Assembly: GCF_018350175.1 (NCBI RefSeq)
Contig: NC_058369.1
Location: forward strand, 5,396,001-5,460,000
From: Felis catus
Taxonomy: Eukaryota
Length of the DNA: 64,000 nucleotides
Direction: 5' to 3'
Shown: positions 1-11,950 of the stretch, in pieces
How the letters are laid out: every line of letters begins with the position of its first letter
Numbering within the stretch: position 1 is the first letter of the stretch
Position numbers and translations under genes: made by a program
The notes under the pieces: generated by a model
What the model was told of the DNA's origin: nothing
Seen by the model: the letters and a program-made list of their open reading frames with translations, nothing else
The model's database searches: none

Positions 1-36
1 CAGGGACCGCACATCGTCTACCGCAAATGCTACTGA
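1..36 (+). CDS. ACTL9: 3' end of actin-like protein 9 (partial; runs off the 5' edge of the window)
   Basis: Frame 1 reads CAG GGA CCG CAC ATC GTC TAC CGC AAA TGC TAC TGA = QGPHIVYRKCY*, matching the actin-family C-terminus (GPSIVHRKCF in conventional actin). The YRKCY ending and convergent position next to NFILZ fit ACTL9. Too short for the ORF track. Confidence 0.88.
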   Translation, partial: QGPHIVYRKCY

Positions 37-80
37 CCCCCGAAGGTGCGGGGGCGGCGGGGCGGGGTGGGGGGGGGGGC

Positions 81-86
81 ACTAAA
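81..86 (+). terminator. Candidate non-canonical poly(A) signal (ACTAAA) for ACTL9
   Basis: ACTAAA 45 nt after the stop; no AATAAA/ATTAAA seen in the following C-rich 1.5 kb. Confidence 0.4.
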
Positions 87-2845
87 GCTTCCAATACCCA
101 GCCGGCTCTGTCCTGCCTTGACCCAGGGCCCAGCCCGGTCCACTCCCGGGCCTGCCCACCCTGGCTCACCTCGGGTTCTGACCCCACCAAGATCTGCCTC
201 CCGGACATCCTGCTTCTTTCCTGCCCTAACTCACCTCCCATGATGCAACCCCAGAAGCACCCAGTTCGGACTCCCTGAAACCCGCCCCTCCACGATCAAG
301 CCCCAACGCGCCACCTTTTGTCCTAACCCTGTCACACCCACCTCCCATGATCCCTCCCCCATCCCAAGGCACTCTCAGGCTGGGACCCCTCACCAAGCCC
401 ACCCCCAAGACATCCCCAGATTCTCACCCCCTAATCTCACCCCCATGATCTATTGCTTTTGATATAGATCTCCCCCCGCCAAGTTTCTCCTAGGCTCTAA
501 GCCCCAGTCCACTCCCTACTATATCCCTCAAGGACCCCCAACCCATCTCCATAACCTGCTCCTCCCCAAGGAATCTGCACCAGGTGCTCCAGCCCCCCCC
601 CAGAACCCTCATGATGGAATAGAAGCACCCTCAGAATCTTGCCCCACTTCTAATCCCCCAAACACATCCCACCAAGACACCCCTAGTTCAAGCACCCCAA
701 ATCCACCCCTTCATTGGTTTCCCCCGTCTTATTATCCCAAGTTCTCCCATACCCTGGTATTCCAAGCATCCCCCCCACAGGTGCTGAAACTCCGCACCCA
801 CCACAAAGACCCATGTTCTGATCTTGAAGGGTCTCCCCTGCACCAAAGCATCCTCTGGTGTCCAAAGCCCTTTCCCCAAATGTATCCTCCCCCATAACTC
901 TGTCCTCGCTGCATGATTTGTTCTCCCAGACTCCTTTCTTCCATCTCACACCCACCCCCCCACCTGTGCCCCCCAAAGAACACTATGTTCTGAACCCCCA
1001 GACCCCCCCCCCGGATAGCCCCACTGCTCTCAGCTCTGTGCCTCCCCCAGAAATATTCCCACATGGCCTGCCTTACAGCGCACCTCCTGACCCCACTCCT
1101 CAGCCCTTCACATCTTCTCAGGAAGGTTCCAGTCCCCAGGACCATCCCATGATCACCCTCACTAATGCCCTAGGCCCTCCCCTGTGTTCTGAGCCCCCTG
1201 ACTTTCTCCCCAAAGACACTCTCCTAGGGTCACCCCATGATGAACCCCTAGGACATTCTACCCCAGGATTTTCAGACTCCCTAGAACCCCACCCCCTACA
1301 TCCAGCCCCCCTCCACACCCCACCCCATTAGTTGAGACACCCAACAGCCAGCGATATTCCTGAGGGTTGCCCAGCCCACCTGGGCTCCACCTGGACACTG
1401 GCTCCCTCCTGCCCCATACACAGGTCCCCAGGGGCCAAATGTCCTGAGCTGTCCCTCCACAGAGGCTGGGCATTCTCCCCAGAAGCCACCCTGGGTCCCC
1501 TCTCCTCCCTCCAACCTCATCCTTGGCCACGCTGAGTCCCTGCTGGAGGCAAGACCCTCTGCCTTCACACCATCCAGCACAGCCTAAACCTCAGGAACCC
1601 CAGCCTGCAGCCTGGGCACGTCCTCCCAGCTTGACCAACAAAATAAGTACAAGCTGTCAGAGCTTGTCTGTGTCCACGATGGGTCCTCTTCCAAGGAGAC
1701 ATTGATTCATCCATCCAATTAGTATCTACTGAGCCTCTCTGTGTCTGTCTCCCTGAGGCTATTTTTGGTTTTTATTTGCTCACTTAGATATCTCTCTCTC
1801 TCTCTCCTTCTCCCTCCTTCTCTTTCCTCTCTCTTTCTCTCTCTTCCTCCCTCACTTGTTTCCTCCTTCCTCAATCTGACTCACCTGCCAGCACTGTTCT
1901 TATGCAGGAATTTTCACGAGTGGAACCTCATTTATTTATGGAGCACTGAGACCATCACCCCATCCCCACCCCCACATCTGCCATCAGACAATGGGGGTGA
2001 TTGAGGGCCCTGGTTATCCCCACCGGCCCCGTCCCACTGTCTTGGGGACTAGGCAGGGGCTCCGGTCCCATTCCTGGCCAGTAGGTGGTCCTTAGCTGCG
2101 GGGACAGTCCCCCAGTCAGGCCAGGATCTCCAGATCACCTTCAGAGTTGGACCCCCTTGTCTCACCGCGTCACCAGGCGGGCGGCCTCAATCTGCAGAAC
2201 GCGCAGGCCAGGGGGTCGCAGGGTCCTGAGGCGAAACTTCCCATTCTTCCCGCTAGGGGGCACCACCTCCAAGCTCAAGGCACTGCGAACAAGCATCACT
2301 TTGAGAGCTACACAGACTGCAGCAAACCGGTCCTCCCAGACCTCAAGCGAGACCCACCCCGACAGCGATGTCAGGGCTCTGCCAGTCACACACACACACA
2401 GAAGGGATGTGGCACAGGCTGGGTCCCGATGCTACAGGAAGTGAGGAGAAGCAGAAACCCCCACCACCCCTGGGCTGCTAAGTCAACTCTCATTTAGACC
2501 AGACTGAGGTCTCCCCAACTCCAAACCTCCCCTGATGCAGGAATTTTCTCTACAGCTCTCCTAACATGTGCCCCCACCTTGGCACACCCCCACGTGTAGG
2601 GAGCACCTCAAGTCTACTGTTAGGAAATTCACCTCCTCCCAGGAGTTGTGGGTAAACTTCTGCACTCTGCCTGCCACCTGACCCCCCCCCCACACACACA
2701 CACACACACCCATGCAGAGCCTGAGTCTCCTCACCGGCTGTGTGCATTCCTGTCCTGGGTCCTGGGAGACCAGAACAAGGAGCAGGGACTCTATCGTGTA
2801 CTGCAAAAGTAGGGCTTACAGAGATGTGTGCCAACTTGACAAGAA

Positions 2846-3265
2846 GTGGTCGATTTTGTGTGTCACGTTCACTAGGCTGTGGTGCCAATATTGGACCAAA
2901 CGCCTTGATCAAACACCACTCTAGACGTTGCCGTGAAGGTATTTTTTAGGTGAGATTCACACTGAAATCACAGACTTTGAGTAACACAGTTTACCCCCTC
3001 GTGGGGTGGTGGATGGGCCTCGTCTAATCAGTTGAAGGCCTTCAGAGAACAAAAACTAACCCTCCCCCAAGAAAGAAGGAATTTTGCCAGACGACTACCT
3101 TCAGATTCAAACTGCAGCTCTTCCTGGGTCTCCAGCCTCCCAGCCTACTCTACAGATTTTGGGTCGACCTCCACAATCACGTGACCAGTTCCTTAAAATA
3201 CATCTGTCTTTCGCTACATGTGCATATTCTTGGTTCGCCTTGTCTGGAGAACCCTGACTAAGACA
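2846..3265 (+). mobile_element. MLT2-type (ERVL) solo LTR
   Basis: Typical motifs: gatgggcctcgtctaatcagttgaaggcc, gggtctccagcctcccagcct, 3' end tgtctggagaaccctgactaagaca. Confidence 0.75.
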
Positions 3266-3504
3266 CATGCCAAGCCCCCTTCCTACCTCAGGGCTTTTGC
3301 ACTGAGAATGCTCCCTCTACCTCCCACCTTCTCAAAGGTAGCCCCTTTCTCAGTATAACAAAGCTCAGATGCCATAAAAGGAACGACTAAAGCAGTTGAC
3401 TTTACGTAAACATCACAAAAAAAAAAAAATCTGCAAAGTAAAACTCACCCTGAACAAAATCAAGACAAATGACAACATTTTAAAAAACAAATTAAATAAT
3501 AGTT

Positions 3505-3662
3505 TTATTTTATTTGTTTGTGTTTTTTATTTTTTATTTTTAAGTAGACTTCACATCCAGCATGGAGCCCAATGCGGGGCTTGAACTCACAACCCTGGGA
3601 TCAAGGACCTGAGCTGAGATCAAGAGTTGGACGCTCAGTCGACTGAGCCACCCAGGTGCCCT
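3505..3662 (-). mobile_element. Can-SINE (short type)
   Basis: Reverse-complement head gactgagccacccaggtgccc plus T-rich tail. Confidence 0.85.
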
Positions 3663-3669
3663 GATAATA

Positions 3670-4445
3670 AATAATTTTCAAACGATGAGTGGAGAAAATG
3701 ACAACTCATAACACAAAGGGAAAATGTCCGTAATATGTAAAGAGCTCTTGGAAAGAATCAAGAAAAAAAAAAAAAAAACCTACAACAGTGCATGGAAAAG
3801 TTAGCAAAGGCTGTTAAACTTGAGCTCACAGAGAGAGACAGTTCTCCCACCCAGGAGAAGACGCTAGTCTCATAAGGGAAATGAACATGAACCCTATACC
3901 GTGATACATTTTTAGCCCATCAGATTGGCAGAGATCAAAAGGCTCGATAACACTCCACATTGGCGAGGCTGTGAGGAAACTGGCATTCTCTTACCTTGGT
4001 GATGAGGAAGGATGCTGGTACCACCCCTAGTGGGACAAGTCATCATCACTACCTAAATGACACATGCACACACCTGTGGCCGAGCTATGGCATGTCCAGG
4101 AATTTCTCCTTCAGATACAATCGCTCATGTGCAAAATGACGTGAGTGCAGTTATCCGCGTACCCTGCAGTGCTTTGTAGCAGCAGAACATTGGAAACATT
4201 TTGTGCTTCTGATGTTGTGGGACCTCCAGGAGAAGACGTTAATGCGATTGCCCTCGAACATAGAGAAACACTTCACGACTGTACAAAGGGAACCCCAGCC
4301 AGCTGCATTCACTGACATGAGTTTATCGCCAAGATATATTTTGAGTGAAAAAAAAAAAAAAAAAAAAAAAAGGAAAAAGAAAAAGAAAGCCCAAAAGGCT
4401 ATGTTAGCGTTTATGGAAAAAAAAAAAAAAAACAGGAATAAATGA
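3670..4445 (+). mobile_element. Old L1M 3' fragment
   Basis: L1 ORF2/3' UTR-like motifs (taatatgtaaagagctc, cccatcagattggca, ttggcgaggctgtgaggaaactgg) and A tracts. Confidence 0.65.
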
Positions 4446-4469
4446 GTTTTGCTTGAAAATACACAGAAC

Positions 4470-4700
4470 GGGGGTGCCTGGGTGGCTCAGTCGGTTGGGC
4501 ATCCGACTTCAGCTCAGGTCATGATCTCGTGGTTGGTGAGTTCGAGCCCCGCGTCGGGCTCTGTGCTGATGGCTCGGAGCCTGGAGCCTGCTTCGGATTC
4601 TGTGTCTCCCTCTCTCTCTCTGCCCCTCCCCTGCTCATGCTCTGTCTCTCTCTTTGTCTCTCAATAACAAATAAACATTAAAAAAAATTTTTTAATAAAA
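4470..4700 (+). mobile_element. SINEC_Fc-type Can-SINE with TSD
   Basis: Full head, (CT)n and A tail; TSD GAAAATACACAG at 4455-4466 and 4701-4712. Confidence 0.92.
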
Positions 4701-6042
4701 GAAAATACACAGCACATCTCTGGAAGATTTCACAAGGAGCTGTTTTGGCTGTTCTAGAAAAGAGTTTCCCAAAATCCCATCCAAAGGCACAGCCATTATT
4801 AGACATTTTTTTCCTAATCGTCCCCCATGAAAGTTTAACAGCGCAGATCGACTGTGTATCTGTTTATATTTCTATGTGTATCTGTGCTTTACACATGAAA
4901 ATGCATTTTCCCCACCCCCCTCCAGAACTAATTTTCACCCCCTTGGGGGCAACATCACCTCCATTGAGGGATGATGCTCTTGGAGGGTAACCTGGGCAGC
5001 AAGATGAGAAGGGGATTTCTCACTGCCTGCCCGTTTGAAGCAAATTTTGAATCATGAGATTATGCTTTTTTTTTTTTTTTTTAACATGGATGTTTCCTTT
5101 ACGTTCCTGTGGCATCCACCCGGGCAGATCCATTTTCTGTCCTCTCGCTCCAGCGGTGATCATCTGACTTGTTTGATGCTTCGTTAGTGGTGTCATCATC
5201 CACCAGGACCCTTCGCGTGTCACACACCCAGCGCTCAATCGAGTCCAGAAGGTGTTTGTTGAATGACTGAATGAGTGAACCAGGATTTCAGCGGAGCTTA
5301 GAGGAATCCTCCTGTGGAAGGGCTTTTCTCTCTCCTTTGCTGGCTTTGGAGTCGGACAGGCCTGAATTCAAGTCACACCTCCTCACCTGCTCTATGACTT
5401 TGGACAAGTGACCTGACCTCTCTGAGCCTCACTCAATGCACCCATAGAATGAGGGTGATATCAGTGCTCACTTCAGGGGGGAGTTTTTAAGGATTGAGCA
5501 CAACACAGGTGCTCTGGGAGGTGTGGAAGGACACATCAGAAGCTGCCATTGTCTTTGGGGCTGCGGGGGGTGGGGCGGAGGTGGGCTTTCACACTTACTC
5601 TGGGTATTAGTGTATTGGAATGTTCTACAATGCAAATGCCTCCATAAAAATAATTTCTTAAAATCATCTCTAGAAATGCATAAGAACTTAACATGCTGGG
5701 TACACAGTTGGGGCCAAATAGTGATGGGGCTGCTGTTTCAGCTACAGTGTGCCCAAAACAGACCCCAAGCCCTCCAGCCAGCCAGTCAACTGGCCGCCAA
5801 AGGCCTGGAGACTGTCCTTCGAGGGCTTGAACAAAGAGGATCCCCCAAGTCACTGCCAGGGTCTCAACCCAGGTCCAGACCTTCTGTTCTTTGGGGGGCC
5901 TAGGGGTGGATGTATTTGGAGGAGGTGGGATCATCCCACCAGGCAAAGCACAGACTGGGTAGGATTAGGGTGAGGCAGGCGAGGGACACAGGGACAAAGG
6001 GCAGCATCAATGCTCGTCTGTGTTTTAAAATGTGACAGCTTA

Positions 6043-6483
6043 GGGACACCTGGGTGGCTCAGTCAGGCGTCCGACTTCAGCCAGGTCACGATCTCGCGGT
6101 CCGGAGTTTGAGCCCTGCGTCGGGCTCTGGGCTGATGGCTCGGAGCCTGGAGCCTGTTTCCGATTCTGTGTCTCCCTCTCTCTCTGCCCCTCCCCCGTTC
6201 ATGCTCTGTCTCTCTCTGTCCCAAAAATAAATAAACGTTGAAAATAATTTTTAAATCTGACAGCTTAGGGACACCTGGGTGGCTCAGTCGGTTGAGCATC
6301 CAACTTCGGCTCAGGTCCTGATCTCACGGTTCGTGAGTTTGAGCTCCACATCGGGCTCACTGCTATCAGCACAGAGCCCGCTTTGGATCCTCTGTCTCCC
6401 TCTCTCCCTACCCCTCCCCTGCTTGTGCTCTCTCAAAAAATAAATAAAACATTTTCTCAAAGTTTAAATAAATAAATAAAAAT
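6043..6483 (+). mobile_element. Two head-to-tail Can-SINEs (6043-6252 and 6268-6483)
   Basis: Two complete SINE bodies; target sequence aaat(g/c)tgacagctt present three times. Confidence 0.9.
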
Positions 6484-6965
6484 AAAATGTGACAGCTTTG
6501 TTCATTTTTGCATTCATTTTGATTTTTTTTTTTTTAAATACTGCACGGATGCCAGGGGCTGGGGAGTGACTCGGGGGTACGTTTTCTTTTGGGGTGATAG
6601 CCATGTTCTGGAACTAGGTGGTGGTGATGGTTGCACAGCCCTGGGAATAGACTAAGGGCGAATTTTACGGTTTGGGAGGCGATCTCGATGTCAAATACTG
6701 CACTGAAGTATGATTTGCCTTATGAGCCTTCAGGATCTAACGCGCAGCATCGCGAACGGACAGCAATAGTGTATTATAAGCAGCAAACTTGCTAAGAGAC
6801 TAGAGCTTAATTACTCCAACCACCAAGAAGAAATGACAATTATGTGAACCTAAAAGAGGTGTGGGTTACGGCTGCATCCCAATATGGCAGTATAACATCT
6901 AAATGTATGAAATGAACATGTGGCACCTTAAATTCACACAATGCTATCTATCAGGCATATGCCCA

Positions 6966-7030
6966 TTTATTTTCTTTACTTACTTATTCATTTATTTTGA
7001 GAGAAAGCACGCAAGCATGAGCGAGGGAAG

Positions 7031-7066
<36 letters not shown>

Positions 7067-7198
7067 CCCAAGCAGGATCTGTGGTATCAGCACAGAGCCC
7101 AACGCAGGTCTTGAACTCAGGAATCTCGTGGGATCATGACCTGAGCTGAAATCAAGAGTCCGACGCTTGACCAGCAGCTGAGCCACCCAGGTGCCCCC
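6966..7198 (-). mobile_element. Can-SINE inserted in an L1 3' remnant (~6545-7230)
   Basis: (AG)n and reverse head agccacccaggtgcccc; flanks have L1 3' UTR motifs (gttctggaactaggtggtggtgatggttgcaca; accttaaattcacacaatg). Confidence 0.85.
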
Positions 7199-8878
7199 AA
7201 ACGTATGTCAATGTAAAAAGGAAACATTATTTATTTTGATTACTGAGGTTTGGGGTACCCCTTAAATTTTGCTCAGAGGAGAGCCTCACCTACCTTGCCC
7301 CCATCCCAGCCTCCGAACAGAGACACTAGGGATGTGTCGGGGCAGGGGCTGAGACTGCCTGTTTGCGTGAGGCTGGCCCAGGAAGGAGAGACCGGAAGAT
7401 CAGGCTCCTCGAGACCACTGGTGGCCGCAGGGCCTGCTTCCCACGGAAACCAGGAAATCACCCACACCGCTGCCCCCACCCACGGTGGGGCACCTGCAGC
7501 TGGGCCCACACTCACCCCAGCACAGGGGGAGGAAAAGCATATTCCCCGAGAGGCAGGGAATCCTGGCTTTAGCAGAGCCTTCCAAACACACACACACACA
7601 CACACACCCTTACCTTCAGCCTCACCTGGGCCTCCTGAAACTGCGTGGACAGAGGGGGCCGCCGGATGTGGAGAAGAGTAGGGAAGGAGGGCTGGGCTGG
7701 TTGACGGGGCTCGAGATAAGGAGCTGACTGATTTCCCCCAAGCCCAGCTGATGCCTGGCTAACCAAGCCCCTGGGCAGCGCGTGGGAAAGGTGGAGCTGG
7801 CCCAGCTGGTCGGCAGCTACCCCACAGGGGGCTCATCTTACCTCCTGGGCCTTGCTCTGCACCCCCTTCTCTCCAGCCCATGCCTGCTACATAGGCCAGG
7901 TTGCCACCCTCTTCTTCCCACGGGCTCCCAGTATCCCCACCTTCCCCTTCCAGCCTTCCCCCCTACCTCAAACCGCAGGAAATTTCTTCTGCACGAAGCA
8001 AATCTAACCAGGCTACCCCCTACTCAATACCCTTTGTTGGTTCCCCATAGCCCTGGGGCTAAAGGAGTTTCCCAGCATCCCACTGACAGCTGGACCAAAG
8101 CCCTGCTAACCCCTCACAAGCTCCTCATTGCCCTCCCCGACACATTCTATTCCTGCATGCCTTAGCACTTTCCCGCCCACCTCAGGACCTTTGCACAAGC
8201 TCTCCCCACCGCCCAGAACACTTTCTTTCCTCCTCTTTCCATAGTTGATGCCTATCCCCACTTCAGATCTCACCTCTGGGAAGCCCTGAATGACCACCCA
8301 GGTGGGCCAGGCCCACCAGCACCAGGCCTCAGTCCAACCTCACTTCAGGATTCTACATTCTGTCTGCACGTGTGACCCAATCCGTGATGACTTCCAAGAA
8401 GGAGCCGGAACCGGCATGTAATAGGTTCTCAACCGACACTTGCCTGTTGGAGATTTCAGAACTTTCTGCCCAGTAGAAGAAAGACAATAAAATGCAAAAA
8501 GAAATAAGAATTTCGGATCGTGAAAAAATGCCCTGGAGAAAATGCAACAGGGCGATGTGCCCGGTGGTCACAGCGGACCTGAGGAGATGAGGGAAGGGCA
8601 TTCTAGGCAGAAGGAACCACAAGGCTAAGACCCAGCCTGCAGTGTTTGAGAAACACAGCAGAGGCAGTGAGGGAGAGAAAGGAGGAGGTGAGAGCAGGGA
8701 GGGGACAGGACAGGTGGTGATGGCCTTACAGGCTATGACAATATTGAACTTTACCCGAGCTTTGCGATCTTAGAAAACAGAGAAGGTTAGGGAATCCCCC
8801 ACCCTTTGTGTTCTGGGAAACTGCTTAGTGCAAGGAACAGCCTCCCATATGACTTAACTTAGACTCCCGGCAGACCCC

Positions 8879-9627
8879 TGTGATGGTTAGTTTTATGTGT
8901 CACCTTGACTGGATATTTGGTCAAACATTATTCCAGGTGTATCTGCGAGGGTGAGGGTGTTTGGGGATGAGATCATCATTTAAATCAGCAGACTGAGTAA
9001 AGCGGATTGCCCTCCCAAACATGGGTGGGCCTCATCCAATCAGTTGAGGGCCTCAACCAAAAAATCGACCCTCCTCAGAATAAGAGAGAATTCTACCTTC
9101 TTGATAACCCTCAGACTGACTCACTGGCTTTCCCCGCACCCCCTCTGGACTTGAACTGAGACATCAGCTCTTTCTGGTCTCAAGCCTGCTGACTCACCCC
9201 ACAGATCTTACCGCTTGACAGTCCCCATAATCCCATGAGCCAATTCCTTATAATAAAGATATATGCCAAGCTATAGGTATACCTCTAGATAGATGGATAT
9301 AGGTATAGATGTTTATCTGGCTATAGATCTGTCTATCTAGATAGACATCTGCGGCCTGGCATATAGATAAATAGATATAGAGATAGGGATTTATAAATAG
9401 CTAATATTTAACACACAGACATTATAGACATATAATATATAGAGCTATCTATAAATATCTATAGATCTAAATATATCTGTGTAGATATACAGATATGTGT
9501 ACCATATAGATACTGTATAGATTATAGATACATGGAGAGATATATGGAGAAATAGAATGATAGAATCACAGACAGATACATACACACATCACCCTATCGT
9601 TCTGTCTCTCTGGAGAATCCCAATGCA
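8879..9627 (+). mobile_element. MLT2-type LTR with an expanded AT-rich (TAGATA-like) tract at ~9250-9590
   Basis: Starts tgtgatggttagttttatgtgtcaccttgactgg; contains atgggtgggcctcatccaatcagttga; ends tctctggagaatccc. Confidence 0.8.
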
Positions 9628-9751
9628 GATCTCCTTGTTCATCTAGGACAAGGCCAGATGTAGACCATCCAAATTCCTACTTTGCCTCAAAAGCGGGCCG
9701 CCGAACTGCTTGTCCCAACTGATCCATCAGAACACAACCCTTGTGTGTGTG

Positions 9752-9945
9752 TTTAAGTTGGTTTATCTATTTTGAGACAGAGAGGGAGCATGGTGGGTGA
9801 GGGGGCAGAGAGAGAGGGAGAGAGAGAATCCCAAGCAGGCACCACTCAGCGTAGAGCCCGACGTGGGGCTCAATCCCACGACTCCAAGATCACAACCTGA
9901 GCCGACACTAAGAGTCAGACAACCGACCGAACCACCAGGCGTCCC
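9752..9945 (-). mobile_element. Can-SINE
   Basis: Reverse SINE body (gagagagaatcccaagcagg...accaggcgtccc). Confidence 0.85.
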
Positions 9946-11821
9946 TGGAGCACAATGCTTCTTAACCAAACTTTGGTTAAGCTCCTTGCCTTCCCTAGAG
10001 GCCCTGAACTTAGATGCCCTTCACCTGAGCCAACAGACAGCCCCCTCCAGAGAACAGGCCGGCCCCAGGGGGACATCCCACCTCCCCACACCTGGCTCTT
10101 GCTGTGTTTATTCAGTCCTCTCTATAAAAGAAATCCACTTTGTGCCTAACTCTTGAGAGGCTTGCAGACCTCGTGGTCAGAGTGCTCACTCCCTTTCTCT
10201 CCTTTGTCCTTTTGAATAAAAGCTCTCCTGACCAAATCCAGACTCGTGTTTCACTCACGGCTGTGGGGAAGGCTTTGGATTTTTTTTTTTTCTAGGAGCA
10301 ATAGGGAGCCATGGAAGGACTGAGAGCAGGCACAGGACACATCAGGGCAACCAACTGGATTCAAGAAAACTCTGGGGCGATGCAAGCTGGTGGCCGAGTT
10401 GGGAAGTGGGCAGATTCAAGCTGTGTTTTAGGAGACGAGTGGGCACAGCATGAGTTAGAGGCAGGTCTCTGGAGGTCCCAGAACCTCCTGCACCATAAAT
10501 TCTAAGAGCATCGCAGTTTGTGGCTGGAACAGCCAAGGAAGGCAGCCCAGCATCTGGAGAAGTAGAGTAAGCTGGGGGTGGAGGGTGCTAGAAGGTCGTT
10601 TATCAGGGAGGCTTAGAACCACAAAGCATCAGACTGGGGAAACTGAGGCAGCAGGCCACATGGCAACCCTTCGGAGGCCGGCCGGCATGTCCGTAGCAGA
10701 GCCAGGATTCAGACCCAGGTTCCCTGCCTCCCAGCCCCCGCTGGTGCCATTGCTCTCTGTTCCCGGAAGAACTGGGATTTGAATGACACCTGGGCTTGAA
10801 TGGGGGGACAGGAGTGAGGGCACTCTGGGTTGGGGAACAGAGGGGACAAAGGTGTGGAGGCTGAGCAGGGAAAGTCAGAGGCCGGAAGTGCATAATAATA
10901 GCAGCTAAACTGTGTCAGGCCCTCCCTATTACCTCCTTCACTCCTCCCTCTGAGGCACGAAGTGCTTATCTCCGGTCCACAGAAGGGGAAACTGAGGCCC
11001 AGAGAGGTGACGTGAGGCCTCAGAAGCAGTGGAGAGCCCTGGGTCTGGGGACCCAGGCTGGGGGGGGGGGCAGTTCCTAGCCTTTGACCCCTTCACAGCC
11101 CCCACCCAGGCCCCAAGACAGGAAGACAGTGGCCAGGAGAGCCCTGATAGAGGGAGGGGGAGGGGCAAGGCCAAACCACGGACAGGATTTCTCAGAATTT
11201 ACAGTAGAAGGAGGGGAGGGGAGGCTGGGGGAGCCCCCAGGGCCCGCAGCAACGGGGAGAGAGTGGGCGATGGGGGGCCCACACCTGTGGCCTTAGGGGT
11301 GGGGGCCCCCGCTCCCCTTCATCCTCCCACATCTTTGAGCCTTCAGCCCACCCCAATCCCTGGCAGGGGGTGGGGGCCGCATATGGGGAGACCCCTGCAC
11401 AGCCGGGCTTTGGCACAAGTGTGCATGCACGTGCTACACTCAGTGTGACACGTGTCCATGCGTGGGTTGTGACACACGCACGCACACTCAGGCTAGGCTG
11501 CGTGAGTGTGCACATGCATGTGTGTGGCCCCCACCCGGGCAGGCCCAGGCATGTCGCCCGGCCACCCAGGCACCCCACAAAGCCAGGGGGCGGGATTGCC
11601 TCCCCCCACCCCCTGAGGGCCGGGTGTCCAGGCTGGGGTCCATCGGGGGTCTGTTGGGGGCGTCTCCTCCTGCACCCCCCTATACCTGCTGCACAGGTCC
11701 CTGGTCTCTCTCTCCTTCCCGCTTCCCAGAGGCCCGTGTGTCCTCTGTCCTCGGGCATGGCAGGCCACTGGCATTGCTTTAAGTTGAGGTGATATTCTCA
11801 CAACATAAAATTCACCGTTTT

Positions 11822-11950
11822 AGGGGCGCCTGGCCGGCTCCATCAGAGCCGCGTGCAACTCTTGATCTCGGGGCTGTAAGCTCGAGCCCCACGTCAGGTG
11901 TAGGGAATACTTAAGAAAAGCAAAATCTTAAAAAAATTATTTTTAAAAAG
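11822..11950 (+). mobile_element. Short Can-SINE inside an antisense L1 3' remnant (~11770-12160)
   Basis: ggggcgcctggccggctc head; degenerate TSD aaa(a/g)ttcacc(g/a)tt on both sides. Confidence 0.7.

Larger units (their letters stand above)
8780..10260 (+). mobile_element. ERV-type solo LTR interrupted by an MLT2 LTR and a SINE
   Basis: TATAAAA at ~10123 and AATAAA at ~10215 with LTR-like R/U5 wording (ttgagaggcttgcagacctcgtggtcagagtg); pieces ~8780-8878, ~9628-9742, ~9950-10260. Family not determined. Confidence 0.55.

Noticed and set aside
858..1331. 157-aa proline-rich ORF
   Set aside because: Product of C-skew; non-ATG start; no domain.
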